From a bacterium (GTDB lineage Bacteria; Patescibacteriota; Minisyncoccia; Phycocordibacterales; UBA5272), in NCBI GenBank assembly GCA_043745785.1, contig JAYTSG010000004.1, forward strand, positions 570 to 64,569: a stretch of DNA of 64,000 bases. The letters run 5' to 3'. Of this stretch, positions 60,692 through 64,000 are shown piece by piece. Every line of letters begins with the position of its first letter. The first letter of the stretch is position 1. A program made the translations under genes and the position numbers. A model generated the notes under the pieces. That model was given only the letters and a program-made list of their open reading frames with translations, was not told where the DNA came from and did no database searches.

Positions 60692-63600
60692 TTATTTATT
60701 AGTATTAATACTTATACTTAGCATCCTATCTAAGAAGGATCCTCCATCCCTTAATTGATTTACCCCAGGAATGCTGTACTGTACATGATATTTTTTTGCT
60801 AACCCAACCAACTTCTCTAAATTAATTTTATCTTCAGGAACTAAACGATTGATATCTCCGCTTGAAAAACCAATAGCTCTAAGTTCTTCCGCAGAAAGGA
60901 AAGAAAGGTTTCCTATAAGGTTTTTTATACCTTCACTATTTAACTCATTGAAATTATCGCCAAATTTGCTAACTAACATATCCCTTATTACATCTTTATG
61001 GGCAATGAGAAGCTTCGTCGCGGTATCTCCTGGTGCAACGCCTACCATGATAGCACTTACTGTATCTGTTGTGTCATGATCTGTTGATATCTCAGTAATT
61101 TTTTCCAAACTAGCTGAAGAAGCAGTACTAGCTGAAGGTTTCTCTATACCTCCAGCCATCTCACTTGCAGGCACGCCGAAAGAAATATGCTCTGAAACCC
61201 ATGTACCAAAATGATGAAAATCATGTATCGACCCAAGAGCAAAGACAGCGAGTCCTACACCCCAGCCAATTTTATTCGCGTCTTTTTTCCAATTCTCATT
61301 CAATCTACTTGCTTCAATGAATTTTTGAGCTCCTTTTGCAGCTGCTATAGCAGAGAATCCGCGAAGAACTACTTTTGCTACTCCTACCGTTGCTATCACA
61401 GGCGCCACGCTGAGAGCTGTACCTACGAAACCTAAACCAATCAAAGAAGCTGAGAGGACGAGCTTTGTTTTTGGTTCTAATTTTTCATACTTTTCTGGCA
61501 AACTTTTTATAAAAAGGTACACCCTTTTTTCAGCTTTTTCTGCTTCGGGTGTACGAATCGAAGTAAGCGCTTCAGCTTGAGGGGCCTGTATACTCACTGG
61601 CGAATCTAAAACAGGTTCAATTCTCGCTAGCTGTGGACCAGTTCCAACTGTTCTTTTCATGCCAAATCCTTCTCGCAGGTTACCGTACATTTCATCTTTT
61701 AATGCCTTGACAGAATTGAGCATTTTTTCCTTAACAGAATCAGTTTTTTCAAGAATCTTTTTTAGAGAATGTTCTTTTGCTTGTTTTATACCACCCACAA
61801 TCCTCGCTCTCGTCTTTGTAGCGAATCCTCGCAACACTGAACCAAGTTTACTCACACTACTCGCTTCAATTTGTATACGTGGGTAAAACTGATTAAGAAT
61901 ACCAAGAAAAGCTTCCAGTTTTGCTATTTTTTCATTGTCACCATCTTCCTTATGTTCTTTATTTTCCAAAGTATTCTTTTCCCTAAGAATACCTTTTTTA
62001 GTTGCTCGAATTTTCTTCTCTGCTTCATTGGTAACCTTTTCAGCCACAAGATTTGCACCAAAGATTGAAAGATTTTCTAGAATTAAAGCTGAGTTTTGGT
62101 ATAGTTCTTCGAAATTAAGGTTATGTAACAGTTCGAAAGAGTTTTCTGCATTTTCTTTTTCCAATGCACGCTGATCACTAAGACTAGGCACAGCCGAATC
62201 ATTACTTGCTTCAGCACCTATCACTTGAGGTTTCTCACCGTCACCTACAGGAGACATTTCTCTTAGCAGTTTTTTTAAACTAGTTATAACATTTTCAAAG
62301 ATGCCATTAACTTTACGTCCGTCTCCGGCTTCACTTTTTTCAGTCTTATCTTCATCTTCATTAAGACTCTCCAATAAATGAATCATGACTTCAATATTAT
62401 GTTGTGAATCACACTTTTTCTTTATTTCTTTAAGGATTTCGTTCTTTTTTTCAACGAAAAGGAGTTTTATCTGCTCAGCATTTTTAGTAATAGAAAACGC
62501 TTCACCCGTAAGTAGTATTTGCGCAGCTGCTTCCACTGTAAGATTATTCTTCTCTCTTTCTTCAGGTTTTTCTACAAAAAGAGAAGACTCACCCGTAGCT
62601 TGTGGCACTTCATTTTGACTTTGCTGAGCATTTACTACATCACCAGTGAGCTGATTTACTACATCTTGAACTTGCTCATCTGTGAAAGCTTTTTTAATAC
62701 CAGCAACGGCTGCTAGATCGTCTGGACTTACTGTCCCCCTATTCATCAGAATAAGCCTCTTTACGTACACAACAATTTTAGCAATAAACTCAGGGTTCTT
62801 ACCCAATGATTCAATTGCATTTCCATTATTTGGTTGCACTAAAGCAATGAGAATTGCACCAAAATCGGGAGCAGCTCCGCCACTTTGGAATAACGGTTCG
62901 AATACTGTTTCAACATTCTTTATCCGTTGTTCTTCGCTTACTTGGATTGTAGCATTAGACTCTGCTACAGCATCAAAAGACTCTACGGTCGCTACAAAGT
63001 CAGAAGGGTCAGTACTTACATTATATAGGTAATCTATAAGCTTTTCCTCAGCATCTACTCTATTTTTCATTGCAGTTGCGGTATCTTCATCTGTCTCAGA
63101 TTTCATACCCTCTTTTACAGAAGCGACCCTATCGACCAGACTTATAATAGAACCACTAAAACTTGATTGTTTTTGAAGATAATTTTTAACTTCATCTCCA
63201 TCTCTATCCATTACAATATCTTTACATAAAGCTTGAAGATCTGTTGTAGAAATATTATCGCCGTTTAGAAAGTTTTTTAGTTTATCGGCTAGTAATTTTT
63301 TATTTTGAGAGAGCCTGTCATACGCACCTACTAAACTTGCTTCTAAGCTTATTTGAGAGTTTGCATTTAATAAAGCTTCACGTGTATCTTGTGTAGAAGG
63401 TCCACCAAAAGGAGTCAGTGTGTCGTCTCTTGGTGTTACTGTTACCAAACCTCTAGTTGTGATTAACATAACTTTATTTATTAGAGCGATTGCCTGCTCA
63501 CACAAAGCTGTCGCTGAATGGTCATTCTTATCACGAGAATCCTGTAAACGAAGAAAGATCCTATCATGAGCTTCACTGAGAATTATATTAAACCTATCTT

Positions 63601-63832
63601 CATGACCATGTATTTTTTCTCGCAATAGACCAACCATAAGTTTGTCATCAAGAGACCTTTTAAGATCATCTAGGTTTTCAATAGTACCTCGAAGCAAACC
63701 ATTGAGACTTCCTAAAAATATTTTTTCTGGAGTTGCTTCAATAATATTCATATCTCTCAGAAGATCTGGACCATCTGGGTGTGGTATTGTATCTTGTGCT
63801 GTAACTAAATAATTTGGAGGTAACTCTGACAT
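60692..63832 (-). CDS. Large hypothetical membrane protein (helical/coiled-coil N-terminus, late TM cluster, LysM-like C-terminal segment)
   Basis: 1046-aa ORF; hydrophobic segments ~aa 790-870; VAPGDTATKLL; extended -10 box 6 nt before ATG. Confidence 0.7.
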   Translation of the reverse strand: MSELPPNYLVTAQDTIPHPDGPDLLRDMNIIEATPEKIFLGSLNGLLRGTIENLDDLKRSLDDKLMVGLLREKIHGHEDRFNIILSEAHDRIFLRLQDSRDKNDHSATALCEQAIALINKVMLITTRGLVTVTPRDDTLTPFGGPSTQDTREALLNANSQISLEASLVGAYDRLSQNKKLLADKLKNFLNGDNISTTDLQALCKDIVMDRDGDEVKNYLQKQSSFSGSIISLVDRVASVKEGMKSETDEDTATAMKNRVDAEEKLIDYLYNVSTDPSDFVATVESFDAVAESNATIQVSEEQRIKNVETVFEPLFQSGGAAPDFGAILIALVQPNNGNAIESLGKNPEFIAKIVVYVKRLILMNRGTVSPDDLAAVAGIKKAFTDEQVQDVVNQLTGDVVNAQQSQNEVPQATGESSLFVEKPEEREKNNLTVEAAAQILLTGEAFSITKNAEQIKLLFVEKKNEILKEIKKKCDSQHNIEVMIHLLESLNEDEDKTEKSEAGDGRKVNGIFENVITSLKKLLREMSPVGDGEKPQVIGAEASNDSAVPSLSDQRALEKENAENSFELLHNLNFEELYQNSALILENLSIFGANLVAEKVTNEAEKKIRATKKGILREKNTLENKEHKEDGDNEKIAKLEAFLGILNQFYPRIQIEASSVSKLGSVLRGFATKTRARIVGGIKQAKEHSLKKILEKTDSVKEKMLNSVKALKDEMYGNLREGFGMKRTVGTGPQLARIEPVLDSPVSIQAPQAEALTSIRTPEAEKAEKRVYLFIKSLPEKYEKLEPKTKLVLSASLIGLGFVGTALSVAPVIATVGVAKVVLRGFSAIAAAKGAQKFIEASRLNENWKKDANKIGWGVGLAVFALGSIHDFHHFGTWVSEHISFGVPASEMAGGIEKPSASTASSASLEKITEISTDHDTTDTVSAIMVGVAPGDTATKLLIAHKDVIRDMLVSKFGDNFNELNSEGIKNLIGNLSFLSAEELRAIGFSSGDINRLVPEDKINLEKLVGLAKKYHVQYSIPGVNQLRDGGSFLDRMLSISINTNK

Positions 63833-64000
63833 AGAAAAAGTATAGCAGATACTTATACAACAGAGTGGGAATAACTCTTTTAGAATCTGATAGAGCTAAC
63901 GTTTTTTTGCAGGAGAGCTATACTAACATGAGGGATATAATGAACTACCCCGACTTGAAGGCAAGGGGAACTCTTTAGGTTAAAATACTCATCACTATGA

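Noticed and set aside
590-63032. Numerous 60-180 aa ORFs antisense or out of frame to recognised genes (e.g. 590-826, 5721-5948, 8827-9168, 13562-14032, 18351-18893, 26571-27047, 62682-63032)
   Set aside because: Shadow ORFs overlapping well-supported genes; no motifs or start signals
1-64000. Alternative genetic code (UGA=Gly as in Gracilibacteria, or general stop recoding)
   Set aside because: Conserved genes are full length under code 11, TGA ends the EamA gene and TAG ends several ribosomal genes; interruptions are sporadic

Overview
Chromosomal window of a Patescibacteria (CPR, Parcubacteria-like) bacterium using standard code 11. The taxon is inferred from gene content. Most genes are on the minus strand. 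Housekeeping genes: rplJL with an L10 leader, ftsK, recA, efp, gyrA, ligA, prfA, rpmE, and tuf followed by an S10/spc block that lacks rpmC and is broken after rplX. Surface genes: a ~1,040-aa S-layer-like protein, VirB2/TrbC-like pilins beside an orphan solute-binding protein, and a full type IV pilus/competence cluster (pilMNO, pilB, pilT, pilC, major pilin, pilD, minor pilins, comF). Most notable observations: (i) a recurring TANNNT(-10)-N6/7-ATG arrangement, usually with the extended TG, implying leaderless mRNAs for at least nine genes; (ii) two duplicated FimT-like minor pilins fused to NHL beta-propeller repeats, one with near-identical repeats inserted inside an Ig-like domain; (iii) two interleaved families of palindromic non-coding elements (MITE-like and REPIN-like), with shared modules on both sides of the S-layer gene; (iv) a stand-alone rplE separated from rplX by an orphan PilB/GspE ATPase; (v) several genes interrupted by a single frameshift or stop. 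No CRISPR array, rRNA, tRNA or intact transposase was recognised. All calls come from reading the sequence by eye; no database searches were run.
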